Positions 49,147 through 62,944 of a stretch of DNA of 64,000 nucleotides are shown here, piece after piece (within the stretch, counting starts at the first letter, position 1; each line of letters begins with the position of its first letter). Under the pieces are notes generated by a model, which saw only the letters and a list, made by a program, of their open reading frames with translations, had not been told where the DNA came from and did no database searches. The stretch is taken from contig NC_043012.1 of the NCBI RefSeq assembly GCF_006345805.1, forward strand, positions 2,480,001-2,544,000, given 5' to 3'. The DNA is from Octopus sinensis (taxonomy: Eukaryota). The translations under genes and the position numbers were made by a program.

Positions 49147-50453
49147 GGTGTCTATATATTTGATTCCATTGTTATCTTCCTTGAAGTTGAGGCAAGTATC
49201 CTTTACTAATTTCTTTATCTTTCATATAAATAGTTGTAATTAACAATTTAAAGTCACTGGATTGTAGATTTGATCATAATATGAAACTCTTTTCTTGGCT
49301 TTATTATTGTGTTTCTAAATAAAATATTTTCTTCTCATCCTAGCATCTCTAGTTGGAAAATCACTTTCATTCCCCATCCCCACATACCCAGGTATGCAGA
49401 GATTTTTTGCAACACATGATCAAGTTGGTTATGGCAGGGTTTCATTTCTTTGAATTCCACATCTTTTGTCTCCTACGACCATTTTACTTCAACAACTCCT
49501 AGGCTAATAACATCAAAATTTATACAATCTTCATACCTGTTCCAGGGTGGATATAAAAATAAAAAATTAAATTTAATAGAAAAACATAAAATATTTTTAG
49601 GCGCCATAATCAAACCTTCAATGCTCTGAATTAAAAACCTGTGAGGTACATTTGTCATGGTAGATAGTCCAGTTTTTACTCCCACTCAGATAAATCTCAG
49701 ATAAATAAAAGATGCTGCAATACAGATTAGTTCAGCTGTCAACCTGGTTGACAAAACTCGGTCAAAGTTTGTTTCTGAGAACTTAACTGTCACACTATGA
49801 ACAGTAATGTCTTAACAATGAGTCATTGAGGGAACATCTGTATGGTTTGTTAGCTATAAATACACCAAAACATCTTATTAAAAGAACTGGGCAGAACCAT
49901 TGTCTTAATATCATTATAAGCCCCTAGGCAAAACAATGAATTGGGGCAGGCCTCAACATTCATAGATTGACATCAGGCCTCTGGACACATTGGACAATGT
50001 CCTAGATTGTCAAAAATTTGACAGGATGGTAATAGCTGGGATATTGTTGTGTGTAGATTTAATTTGTCAACAGGTTTAACATGGTCACCTGGACCTTAGG
50101 TGCTTTTAGCAGAGTCCACACTGTTGTAAACATTCAGGTCAGGCCTCTAATTTGAGGATGACTTTCCCCTATTTGTCATAAAGATTTTGAAAAGGGTCAG
50201 GTGTCTGCTTTGGGGATAATTTCCTCCCACCAGTCATGGAGATCCTCAAAAGTGTCTTGGATATTACTCTTCTTCCTTTTCTAAGCTATTTAATAAATAA
50301 TAAAAACAAAACAAAAAAAATAAATAAGAGTTGACTCTTAATTTTATTTATAAGGTGTGCTTACACAACAGCATTTCTTACATAGACATCAAGTCTTATA
50401 TCTTTCAGAAAGATATAAATGGAGAGTTGTGATGTTCATGCATAATATATACA

Positions 50454-50491
<38 letters not shown>

Positions 50492-50856
50492 AAAAAGATC
50501 TCAGTCTAGAGTCAACACAAAGTTGTGATCTTGACTCATCAAGGATTTATTCTGCAGAAATCACCCATGTAACTACAAATAAATATTAGCTGTTAACAAT
50601 GGTGTTTGCTGTTGTCATCTTTGTTCTGTGCTTTAAAGACCATCTGGCTACCATGGTTTTTATGGAGTGGGGAAACAGGGGATGGGGGAATATTTTACCC
50701 TTACATTGTCAACCATATTTATAACCCTTTACCATTCGGTCAGAAATTTGATCTGACACTAGTTATAGGATATGTTTATGTGCAGAGTTCATACACCCTC
50801 TCTGTTTTATATGAAGTAGTTTGCCTTACATCAAGCACCATACAGTATTATCAGTG

Positions 50857-50857
<1 letters not shown>

Positions 50858-50911
<54 letters not shown>

Positions 50912-50912
50912 T
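50858..50912. repeat. (ATT)n microsatellite
   Basis: Directly visible. Confidence 0.95.
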
Positions 50913-51983
50913 AAAGTGTGCTTGATTTGTTTATGTAAAATGAAGATAGGAAATTGTGGTGGGAGATAGAAATCAATAGTTAGTTCCTAAAAATAAGAGG
51001 CTTTTAAGGGACATGGCAGCAGCTGTCTGTCTGCTTTTATCTTTTATTATCATGGTCAGTATCATTTGATTGTCTGACAACGGGGCTGTATAATTTGATG
51101 CCTTGTAAATTGTTCTGTCATCATCATCATGGTGTTGTTTGTTTCTGATGCTATTATTACACTCTGCTGTAATCATCATCATCGTCATCATCCAAATATT
51201 ACACTTTTTGTTACTGCTGAGAGCAACACACTCCTCTTTGCCCTACCATATATTTATTAAAGGCTCTCACTCTTGGTGGTCACATCTGTTAATTCCATCA
51301 TTGGTGTTAAGAAGCCCTTTAGCTGCATGTGCTGTTTGCCAATAAATGTATCGCAAAAACAAAAAAAAAAGTTAAAAACCAATGTTGCATGTGCACACAA
51401 AGCATCCGGCACTCATCTCGAAATTTCCTGTGCTTAGCAACAGAAATCTCCCATCTAATGTCTGGGAGACCTATTGGCAGACAGACAATAGCAGCTGCAT
51501 TTTTCTCTGCAGCAACAAAGCTGAACAGAAATCATGCTAACCTGACATCATATTCCCTGTTCCCTAGTCAGAATGGTATTTTAGGAATACAAGAATATAA
51601 TCTAACCAACTTTGCCCAAAAATAAAGGTGGAAGACGTTTAATTTTCGGGATGCAGACATCAAGGATATCTTCAATGCCACTACCATCACTGCCATTATG
51701 ATCATCACACCTCTACTTGTTCATTCAACCTGCTAGAAATACCAGCTGAATCTGCCTAAAATTACATCCTACTGTCTTAAAAATAGAAGGGGATGGATAA
51801 TGAATGTAATCCTAGTCACACTATGTACCATAAACAAAAACCAGCTGATCATAGCTAGAAAGCTTTAGATCATAGGTCTGTTTATTCAGTCATGACTGAC
51901 CTAGGCCCAAATGTCAGCATCATCATCTTCATCAGTTTTTTTTATTGTTGTCCTTCTGTTCTGCCATAGTCTTTCTTCTTACA

Positions 51984-52250
51984 CATCATCATCATCGTTT
52001 AGCGTCCGTTCTCCATGCTAGCATGGGTTGGATGGTTCAACCGAGGATCTGGGAAACCAGAAGGCTGCACCAGGCTCCAGTCTTATCTGGCAATGTTTCT
52101 ATAGCTGGATGCCCTTCCTAACGCCAACCACTCCGTGAGTGTAGTGGGTGCTTTTTACGTGCCACCCGCACAGGTGCCAGGCGAGGCTGGCAACGGCCAC
52201 AGTCGGATTGGTGCATTTTATGTGCCACCGGCACGGAAAATGCACCAATC
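51984..52250 (-). mobile_element. Family C retroposon with a fold-back hairpin at its truncation point
   Basis: (CAT)n tail and family C body; ends in the 14-bp inverted repeat at 52206-52250. Confidence 0.85.
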
Positions 52251-52768
52251 CTTTCCTGTGATTAGCCTCAAGGCCAAACTTTTGTAAGGGAGATATATAG
52301 TTAACTGAATACAGTCAGTATATTACTGAAACTGAAAATGCATCATAACTGCATTGGGTCCTTGCTGTCTATGAGGGAAGACTGAACGGCCCATGTTAGC
52401 AAATGGGTAGAGTTGTTGAAAATGTTTGACTGAAGTTTTTGCATTTGGACACACACACACACAAACTGTGTGTGTTTGTGAGAGTAAATCAATTGCTGTT
52501 TATTGAATGCTGTACTGAGTAGAATCAACATAGAATTAAATGATGCTTGATTGAGGATTCCAATGTTTGGTACTACTGCTTGTCCTTTCATTTGCTTACT
52601 GTCTGCCGACTGCCGGGTTTCTGCTGAAGTCAGCACCAAAACTGCTGTTGGTTTCAGCAACTGGTTTGAACACCATGATTTCAGTGTTTGGTGATGATGG
52701 TGATCAATGAAAAAAATGGACAGGCTGGTTGGTCATTATATATTTCATAATTGGCCTGACCATTTCAG

Positions 52769-52880
52769 TTGTGGTTGAAAAAATATAATGGTTTCTCAAA
52801 TATCTTTCAATTGAACAATTATTATCATAATTCTTCTGTTTTTTTCTTATTCCTTTCACTTCATATATTCACATTTTCAG
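52769..52880 (+). other. Strong candidate 3' splice site
   Basis: ~110-nt AG-free pyrimidine-rich tract ending cacattttcag|. No convincing donor downstream. Confidence 0.3.
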
Positions 52881-53407
52881 AGACAAAACTGATGGTTGTT
52901 TATAATCGGATGAAGAGAGACATTTTACATCTGTTTATTAGTATTTTCTCCTCCTGTATTCTAAAAGCTTAGCATCTAGTTTGATATTTAATTCTCTGTA
53001 CTTGCCTACAATTATGATAAAAATTGGAGAGGTTTTATATTTGATTTAGAATTTGTTCTGGAATGTCAAAGCTATATATAAAAAAAAAAATTGAATGCTT
53101 TCATATTTTTTTACAATCAAATCTCTAAGTGTGCTCTCAGTTATATTGCATTTATTCCCATTCCAGACATCAATCTAGTCATTGTTTTTTTTTTATTATG
53201 TAAAACTTGTAGGATTCTTAACACAAATCCTGCAAAACAAATCTCTCTCTCTCTCACTCACACACACACACACACACACAGAGCAAAGGAGAAGGCTTAG
53301 TCTTTTCATGGCCGTATTTCTAACAGAATAGGTGTCTTAATTCTGAAAATAATCAAGAATTTGAAGGGTTCAAGTAAAATAATTATTTTCGTTATTTGAG
53401 GTTTGGA

Positions 53408-53630
53408 AGGCAGTGAGTCGACAGAATCATTAGAGTGTTGGGAAAAAATTGTCTTGCATTATTTGTTCTGGTTCCTTATGTTCTGAGTTAAAATCCTGTC
53501 AGAATCAACATATCTTTCACCCCTTTCAGGTTTGATGAAATAAAGTACCAGTCAAAGACTGGAGTTGATGGCACAAACTAACTGACCCCTTCTTCTCAAA
53601 TTTGCTGACCTTGGGCTTAAATCAGAAACC
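53408..53630 (+). mobile_element. SINE family B, older copy
   Basis: aggcagtgagtcgacagaatc...aataaagtaccagtc. Confidence 0.7.
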
Positions 53631-54014
53631 TATGTTTAGGGTTTGGAACATGAGCAAAAAAAAAATTTTTTTTAGAGATTTTGATTTATATACAAAGATT
53701 TTAAGACAAGTGCGGTTTAGAGTCATACTCAGGTTTAAATACACAACCACATATGCACACACAGATTAAATTAAATCATCTCAACACCTTCACTACAAAA
53801 AAACAGTTTGGCCTGTACCTAGTTGTAAAAACAATGTGAAATATTAAATTTTGTTCAATTCAGTTCCGTTCCAATCTCGCCAGTATTGAGTTTGCCTTTC
53901 ATTCCCTTTAGAGTTGATGAAGTTACATAAGTACCAGTAATAAACTAGGGTCAACTCAGTTCATTATACCTTTACACATTCTTTCTCTCCACTTTAAAAG
54001 ACTGCTCTCAATAT

Positions 54015-54247
54015 TTAGTCATGTGACATCATCAGGTTTGAGAGTGGAAATAATTGGTGATCATTTCTATAAGTAGAGCCTAATTTGGTAGTCACCAAGA
54101 CAGTAGAATATTCAGGGTGGCTACCTGGAAGTGTTTTGGATACCATTGATTTAGAATGAATAATGACATCATGGCTTATGGAATGAAAATCTTCTTCTAC
54201 CCTGGATGAACTGTTCACCTTTCTAAATATGGAGCCGTTGATTATTC
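54015..54247 (-). CDS. Candidate exon, unknown product (IINGSIFRKVNSSSRVEEDFHSISHDVIIHSKSMVSKTLPGSHPEYST...HD*)
   Basis: ~77 open codons of non-repetitive sequence following a weak acceptor (tatatgtcag|). No domain recognised. Confidence 0.25.
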
Positions 54248-56544
54248 TGACATATAATAATCTGTGTTTCTAATTGGCATCATAAAACTAGTCATTGCAA
54301 TTACTGGTCATTAATTAATTAAGATTTCTACAATTTCCAGTGTTTACTCACAATGCCTTTCCCTCCCTCTCTCTCTCTCTTTCACTTGCTTTCTCCCAAT
54401 TAATCACTCTCCTGCTGCATTGTGCTTGTTTTTTTCTCTCTTTCACTTACTCTTTTTCACCCTCTCTGTCTGTCTGTATCTCTCTCCCTCCCTCTCATGA
54501 CTCACAATAAGCAGTGAGGACAGTAAACTTTTGCCAGAATCAAAGTTTTCACTAACGTTTGGTCAATATGTTTTCATGGAACACAAGAGAAACTGTAGGG
54601 TTAAGGTACAAATGTCTTCAACTACCCACTGACCACATGGTCAGGAGTTTTAATCTGGGTCAGACACATCGCTTTATTTATATATTCTTTTGCCTCAGTC
54701 TGTTAAGCTGGTAGCAGGTTCCACTTTAACTTTAAAGGTTAATTAGTCTGTGGTTGATAACAACATTGCGCTTCAAAAACATATGTTCCAAAACTATGTA
54801 AATGTTTGAATATGTATAAGTTACTCTACAAACCATGAGGCTATAGAAAGCTGAGGCTATTATGAGAACCAACAACATCCTAAAACACTGTCTCTTCCAT
54901 TCGATCCAGACAAATATAAAAATGCACACAGAAATAACTGCAGCATCAACAGCCAAGGACCAGGCTGTAATATGCACTCACAACTGTCACGCTCTGGTTT
55001 TAGTCCACTATGCATTCCATTGTGGTCACCTCCAGAATCTGTGGACAGTGGAGATAGTACATGTCTGGACAGTAAAACTGCACACCTCATACCATTCATC
55101 GATGCATGCCAAAGTGTGCAATATGGCTCTGAGCTTGGTAGAGGTGTGGTATAACTGGGACAACAGTTTGGTGTTTCTGGCATGGCTATGTGGGGCTTTG
55201 TGAGGCAGTGCTTTACAGCTAAATGCCCTTCCTACTTGCTAATCCTTTTAGGTGCCTCTTACAACTTGCAAAATAGCATTTCTTCTTATGTGTTTAATTT
55301 CAATTGGTTAAAAATTGTTTTTGGTTCACTAGACCAATTGACTATCCCGACCTCACTTTCATCATTATTCTTCTCGATTAGGGTTGAACTAAAGTGAAAT
55401 TACAACCACGACAGTAACAACGACAATCCTAGTCAAATAATTATCGATGAGTATTGGTTCTTCCTTTACTGGGACCTTAGCATTGCTTTAATATTTTGAT
55501 TATCATCATCATCACCAATATCATAGCAGGGATGGTGGCTTGACAGAAACGGTTGAGCACTGGATTAAATACTTTGAAATACTTAAATTAACTTTCTTTA
55601 AAATTTCTGTGTTCAAATCTTACCGATGTCAGGCCAGGTCAGCTTCAACTTTCATCTTTCTGTGATCAATGAAGTGCATACCAGTCATGTACTAGAGTTT
55701 AGACAGTCGACTACAATAAATAATCTACTCACTCTCTCTCACAAATGTGTGTGACCTTGTGTCACAATTAAAAATATTCAGCACGTGTTCAGTTCTTTTT
55801 TCAGTACTTTTACCACAGAAGTAATTGTTGATAAAAGAGCAAAACACAATAAATAAATAGATAAATAATAAAAATTTCATCATGGTTGCATGGCAAGATT
55901 TTTAATTAATCATTTTCTTTAGAATTCGTAGGATATGTTCTAATTTTTGATTTTCATTTGATTTTCATTTTTTGGTCTATTTACTCCTTAATTGATTTTA
56001 CTTGATATTTGCGGTTTAAAGTTTTTGAATTTTTTTTTTTGGTTTTACCTTTATATCATTGTGTATAAATTACGAAATATTCATGATAAATTAACTGTGT
56101 TCTCCTAAATTTCCTTCTCATATAATATCTTGCTTTCATTCTTGGGAAAAAAAAATCAAAAGAGTTTGTCACGTTTCTTGGTTTTATTTAGTAAACCACA
56201 AACCATTTCTTCCATTCTCCATTAATTTATATCTATGCCAGAGACAAAACGATGATGCTCTCATTTGAAGAATAAGAATAATTTCTTTGTATATTTTATG
56301 CTGTTTGTATTTTTATGAAGTTTTACCCACACCCTTCCATTTCCCACCCTCCTTTTACCATCTCGTGAACTCATTCACCCTCTTGCTCTCCTCAATCCCT
56401 GATCTACTTCTACTATATATTCCTACCTGTAACCCTCCCCATCACATCTTCATCATCTCTTTCTCCTCTCTTTCACCCTCCTCTCCTCTCTTCACCTGAG
56501 GTAGCCATGTTTCCCCTCTAATGGAAGACTCCTTTTGTTCTGTT

Positions 56545-56808
56545 CTTCAATACTACCCACCCTGTACCTCTCCGCCACCTCAATTAAGGGTCTTTGTCTT
56601 GCAAGTTACTACGTGACCTCACTACTGCTGGTGCCACATAAAAAAGCACCCAGTACACTCTACAAAGTGGTTGGCATTTAGGAAGGGCATCCAGCCATAG
56701 AAACCATGCCAAAGCAGACGGCAGAGCTTGATGCAATCTTCTGACTCACCAGTTTCTGTGGAGCTGTCCAACCCATACCAGCATGGAAGGAGGACATTAA
56801 ATGATGAT
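56545..56808 (+). mobile_element. Family C-related retroposon
   Basis: aaaagcacccagtacactc...ggttggcatttaggaagggcatccagcc; similar copy at 61590-61845. Confidence 0.75.
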
Positions 56809-57687
56809 TTTTGAGCTAATAATATCTGTTGCCACAAAACTGTTTGCTTTTTCTCGCCAGGGAATATTATATTCATATCTTAATTCCTTAATCCACATAG
56901 ACAGACATGACTGACACTGTCTTCTTTTTGTTTGGTTTTCATGCTTGTACAAGCACACCCCCACACACATGCATATGCACATACATGCATGCGCATGCAC
57001 ACACACACACATACTGTATGAGTGTGTGTGTGTGCTTATCTTGACAGAAGAGTCAGGTGTTAGGTTTAGTCCAGATTATGCATGTTACATGGTGTCACAG
57101 AGACAATGTCTGTTTAGCAATAGAAGCTAAAAATCAATACATTCATTGAATGAATATTCAAAAATCAGGAGAGCAACATCTTGCAACATGAGCAAACTCT
57201 TCAAGGGTCACTTGTCATGTGATATAATCACCAACCTTAGAGAACCTAGTTTTGTTGTTCTTTTACAGCCCGGGGTTAGCTGTGGTTAAGCAGACCTATG
57301 ATCAAACACATTCAGGGTTATGTAAAAGTAGATTGTACATGTCTGTTCTTTCCTTTCCCTTTTTAAGATGGTATAGTGTAATTTGAGGGGAATTTGGTTG
57401 CTATTTCAAGCATTTTGATTGTGCTTGTCGAAAGCTCAAAGTTGCTTTCAGTGTTGCTGTTTTGTTCCTGATCAGCTCTAATCAAGTACATCTATGATGA
57501 AAGGGCATTCCAACCATGACCATCCCTTCTTTTAATCTAAAACAATGCATCTAGGATTACACTATTGAATGAGTCCTTCATTCGTTTTTAACGACAGTAA
57601 TGTAGCATGAGGGAGATATGGCTGCTATATCTAGTAGGATGACTGGTCACAAAAACACTCCCATTGTTGGCTTGTCTGAGATTCCTG

Positions 57688-57910
57688 TTATTGGTTTCAA
57701 ATTTTGGCACAAGGCCAGGAGGTTTAGAGGAGGGGTTAGTCGATTACATCGACCCCAGTGTTCAACTGGTACTTATTCTTTCGACTCCCCCAAAAAAGAT
57801 GAAAGGCAAAGTCAATCCCAGTGGCATTTGAACTCAGAATGTAAAGTCAGAAGAAATGCCGCTGTGCATTTTCTCTGGTGCAGTAATGATTCAGCCAATG
57901 ATTCTGCCTT
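57688..57910 (-). mobile_element. SINE family B
   Basis: gtcgattacatcgaccccagtgttcaactggtacttat...tttgaactcagaa. Confidence 0.8.
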
Positions 57911-59009
57911 AAAGTTTCCTGTCATTTGAAGTTAGTCGCAGGCTGAGTCTGTGATCTTTTGATTACTAACTTCCAGCTGCTTTCTCTTTTGTTACTAATA
58001 CTTTGGGGATTTAATCAAAGACTATTTCCTCTTCTGTCAATATCAGTAATCCTAATGACCCATTGTTGAATACCAGTTGGTTCTACTCTAGCTTGTGTTA
58101 TATATCTATATGTAGTATCCTTTAATTTTCCTCGGTCTACAAAGTGTGTGTGTGTGATAATCTAGTTCACAGTTAAATATACTGAGCCAAGTAGTACATC
58201 AACCGTTACTTAGAGATATAATTTATTCATTTATTCACTGTCCTGTGAAATACTTCAATCCTAGCACAGTGAACTACCAACCTACTCATTAATTTTCAAT
58301 TATTATGATGTCCCTCTGAGCTGTTTCTCCTCCCATTTCCTCCCAGTGAATAATAGATTAAATGAGTGTTTAGGGCTTGCTGAGGAATAACAGTGTCAAG
58401 GTACAAGTTGATGGATTGTTTAGCTTAGAAGTCAGTTTTGGAAATTCTGACTGTGTGTGGATACAAGGAATAGTTTCTAAATTCTTATGGATATATTATT
58501 AAAACATATAATTTATATTCTTTTTAATCTTCTATTCATTTACTGGCTTCAGTTGTCGTACTGTAGCTGTGCTAGCACTGACTTTTTCAGAGTATTCTTG
58601 ACTGTATCAGTGTGATATTTGACTGATATAGTGTTGCAAACATTTGAGTTAGGTCTTTGGTCTGAGGATAGCTTCCGCTTCCTCTCACCAGGAGGCCCTG
58701 AAAAGGGTCATGAGCACTGTTGTTCCTCTCCTGATTGATCCATCATAATTTTTTTTTTAAAAAGTGAAAAAAAAAAGAAAGAAAGAAAGAAATGCATAGG
58801 CATAGCTATGTGGTTAAGAAGCTCATTTTGCAAACACATGGTTTTAGTTTCAATCCTGCTGTGAAACTCCATGAGCAAGTTTCTCTTTCTATAGCTCTGG
58901 GGCCAGCCAATGCTTTGTGAGTGAATTTGGCTGATGGAAAAAATGAGGAACCTTGCTATATTATCTCCATGTGTATACACACAGACACACACACACATCC
59001 GCATGTGTA

Positions 59010-59184
59010 TCGTTGGCGATTTTCTTTCTCCATCTTCCCTTCTTTGGACTTTTTCTATATTTCTGATGAAGAGCTCTGCTCGAAACATGAAATCCTCTTT
59101 CTTTCCTTTCCTGGGCATCCAGTAACACAGTACTTATTCCACGTCCTCACGTTGTTGTTTTTTCTTGCTTGTTCATGTTTGGAT

Positions 59185-59190
<6 letters not shown>
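59010..59190 (+). mobile_element. Penelope-like fragment adjacent to (TA)n
   Basis: Contains the hammerhead motif at 59059-59093 and runs directly into (TA)n. Confidence 0.55.
59059..59093 (+). ncRNA. Minimal type-I hammerhead ribozyme motif (cleavage site degenerate)
   Basis: attt-CTGATGA-a-gagc(tct)gctc-GAAA-cat-g-aaat. The core boxes and stems I and II are intact; stem III is cgt>cat and position 17 is G. Confidence 0.75.
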
Positions 59191-59233
<43 letters not shown>

Positions 59234-59289
59234 TGCATGTGCACATGTGTGTCCTCCACCACCATCACTTGATTGCTGTTGGTTTGTTT

Positions 59290-59695
59290 AGGAGTGGCTG
59301 TGTGGTAAGTAGCTTGCTTACTAACCACATGGTTCTGGGTTCAGTCCCACTGCGTGGTACCTTGGGCAAGTGTCTTCTACTATAGCCTTGGGCTGACCAA
59401 AGCCTTGTGAGTGGATTTGGTAGACGGAAACTGAAAGAAGCCTGTCGTATATACATAGATATAGATATATGTATGTATATATTTGTGTGTCTGTGTTTGT
59501 CCCCCCAACATCGCTTGACAACTGATGCTGGTGTATTTATGTCCCTGTAACTTAGCGGTTTGGCAAAAGAGACCGATAGAATAATTACTAGGCTTACAAA
59601 GAATAAGTCCTGGGATTGATTTGCTTGACTAAAGGCACTGCTCCTGCATGGCCACAGTCAAATGACTGAAACAAGTAAAAGAATAAAAGAATAAA
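59290..59695 (+). mobile_element. SINE family A nested in an older family A tail
   Basis: Full-length copy; the older tail resumes at ~59696 (cccataacttag...gtgccccaacatggc). Confidence 0.88.
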
Positions 59696-59884
59696 ATCCC
59701 CATAACTTAGTATCGGGTTCGATTTGTTTGACCAAACCTTTCAAGAGGGTGCCCCAACATGGCAGCAGTTCTGTGACTGAAAAATAAAAAGACAAAAAGA
59801 AAAAGACAAAAAAAAAAAAGAAATGTAATTTTTGTTTGACTCAACCAATTCTGTCATCCACCACTTCTTTTTAGTTTAGGAAAT

Positions 59885-60012
59885 TTAGATCCTGCCTCTG
59901 TCCTTGGTAGTATTTTTCAATATCAAACAGTCATTAAACCAGCAGAAATCAATACCACGCAGGCAGTTTATTAAATCTAATAGCAACTTTTTCATCAAAA
60001 TCGAATTAGTCA
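59885..60012 (-). other. Candidate exon
   Basis: Strong acceptor ttttttgccatttcttcgcatgttacctttcag|. One open frame (TNSILMKKLLLDLINCLRGIDFCWFNDCLILKNTTKDRGRI*), no homology recognised. Confidence 0.25.
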
Positions 60013-60665
60013 CTGAAAGGTAACATGCGAAGAAATGGCAAAAAAATAAAATAAAATAAAGCGACAAGCAAACAAACAAAAAATGATTTTTTTTCCCTTT
60101 TCTGAAAGAGGAAAATATATATATATATATAAAGACAACAAAACATTTCTGAAATTCAACACAAGATTCCAACGTATGAAAGAGACTGTAATTTTGCATC
60201 CAGTGAGATTTTGTCCTGGATTCTTGCGGAAGTATTTAGCATGAAGAAACCCATTTGAGATGGCTTTATGGAGTGTGGGTGGAAAGGTCATATGTAATTT
60301 CTTGCATAGATACTGCTAAAAATATATTCTTGACCTTTCTGGGACATATCTTTTTTATGGATTAATTAAAATTAATTGGACTAATGTCCACTGTTAACTC
60401 ATTATCTTCGTCAACATCATAATCCTTGTCTCCATCATCGTCTTCGTCTAGTCGCCATTATCGTCATTACCATCACCACCACTACCACCACAAGTATTAT
60501 CATCAGCATCAACAGTACTGTCACCACCACCACCACCACCACCCACTCTGTTACCTAAAGCTACTCAGCTGGAATAACTTATAGTAGATATGTTAGCTTT
60601 GTTTAATTATTCATGTTACAGAACATTTTTCAATTTTCTATTCCATTAATTTTTGAAAAGTTAAT

Positions 60666-60722
<57 letters not shown>

Positions 60723-62065
60723 TAACGTTCAAATATAACAAAGGCTACTAAAGAGTTTTGTTTCGATTAGCATTAGAAGAGAAATTATTGAAAATTGTTT
60801 GAACACACACACAAAAAGCACAGTCAGAAAGATATATGCATGCACTCGCACACTAATATACATACACGCATACAATGTTTGCAAGCCAAAATGGGAACCT
60901 CTATGCAGTTGCTTGACAAGCTAGAAATAGAAGTCAAATCCTGTCTGCTGCCACCTCTAAATCACACTCTACCATTTTAAAAGAAAGGGCACATTGGATA
61001 ATGCAATCCTAGATATATTATCTGAAAAGCTGAAGGGATGGTCATATCTGTAAAGCTTTGATGATAAGTATGCTTGATTAAGGCCAACCTTGTGCTAAAC
61101 CCCCCTGCCCCTTGTCCTGCTAGTCTCACCTACTACTCTTATCTCCTTTAGGCCCTACACTTTGTTCAGTACTTCTTCCATAGAACCTCATTTTTTCCTC
61201 TGAATCTGTACTTTCCTTCCTTTATCACCCTCTTAAGCACTGACCTTCATCCTCATACAAACCAAAGCTCAGTTGGACTTGGATGTGGAAAGGTTATGGG
61301 CAATGTCCCTCCACATATCACCTTTTTACCATTTTTGTGTTTCATTTCTTTCAGTCATTGGGCTGTGGCCTTGCTGGAGCATTGCTTTGAATGGTTTCAG
61401 TCAAACAAATCTACCCCAGTATTTGAATTTCTTTTTTTAAGCCTGATACGTATCCTATCAATCTCTTATACCAGACCACTAAGTTACCTGGACATAAATA
61501 AACCAACACCAGTTGTCAAACAAGGGGTGGGGACACAAAGACATAGACCTGCATGGACATATACATACACCTTCTATTGTGATATAACCTCTCATCACCC
61601 AGTGTAAAACCACCTCACTCAGTACCATTCCTCCTTGCAGTTGAGGGATCTTTGTCTTGCTAGTTACTTGTTGACTTTGTTGATGGTGGCGCCACTTAAA
61701 AAGCACCCAGTGCACTCTGTGAAGTGGTTAGCATTGGGATGGGCATCCAATTGTAGAAACCATGCCAAAGCTGACAGCAGTCCTCTGGTTTGCCAGCTCC
61801 TATCAAAATATCCAACCCATGACAGCATGGAAAACAGACACTAAATATATATATTGTGCTACTACTGCAGCCATGACTAACACAGCTACTACTACTGCTG
61901 CCACCACTTATACCACTACCATTATTACAATCACCACTACTTCTACTAACTGCCCCCACCACCTTTTTCCATTCAGAAAGGAACAGAGCCATGACATATT
62001 GGGATATTTCGTATTGTGTCATATTTTATTTCCTTTCAATATCTGTTAATGATTGGTGTTATTGG

Positions 62066-62136
<71 letters not shown>

Positions 62137-62944
62137 GTAGAGAGAGATATAAATAGATATAGTTTTATTATGATTTGTTTCACGGAAGGAGATTTAATGT
62201 ATTGGTTAAAACATACAACTGTTTTATTGACTCCTCTTAAATACTGGATCATCTGCTGTCTCTCTCTAAAAGAATTGATCTTATAACCTTTTGAAGTTGT
62301 TATTTGGCCCCCAAGATAGCTCTTATAGAACAGAAGCTATCATCAGAAGCTTTTCAGCCATTGCTATCCATTTTTTTTTTTTTCAGATATAGCATACACC
62401 CTGGCTACATTGTACAATATCTCCTTTCTCAAGTCTGTACAATGTGGCTTGAGGGAAATTCAGTTCTATTTTTAACAGGTCAAGTGGTTATATATTGATG
62501 CTTTCATGGTGAAGTCTGTAGTGAGAGGATTTCTCATAAATGGTATTAGAATTAAAAAAAAATTTTGATTCAAATTTTGGTTATCTCAAATTCTCTGTAA
62601 TGGAGGTAATGGAATGGGGAAAACGGTAGGGTAGTTATATTCTGAGTTCAAATTCTGCCAAATTGACTACTTCTCAGTGGACCATTTCACAGTTTACTGA
62701 CTGTTTTTCAGAAAAGATATATCTTGTATATATATATATTTCAAGTGTTACTGCCTGAAACAGTAAGGACTTCTGGTAATTTGACTGAGGAATGAAAGCC
62801 ACGAATGACTCGTCTTTTTTTGCTTGTCCTTCTAATTGTTGTTTCCTATCTGCCTTTGTATTGTCTATCTGTCCGAATGTTTTATTCTCTATTGCATTTT
62901 TGTTTCATGTTATATATATATATATATATATATATATTCTTTTA

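Noticed and set aside
51013-51069. MAAAVCLLLSFIIM signal-peptide-like mini ORF with a gtcagt donor
   Set aside because: Splicing to the next strong acceptor (52881) hits a stop after three codons; hydrophobic runs are common in T-rich DNA.
54860-55203. Overlapping ~110-aa ORFs on both strands
   Set aside because: No splice signals or domain. There is only a faint resemblance to a decayed Tc1-type transposase N-terminus, too weak to call.
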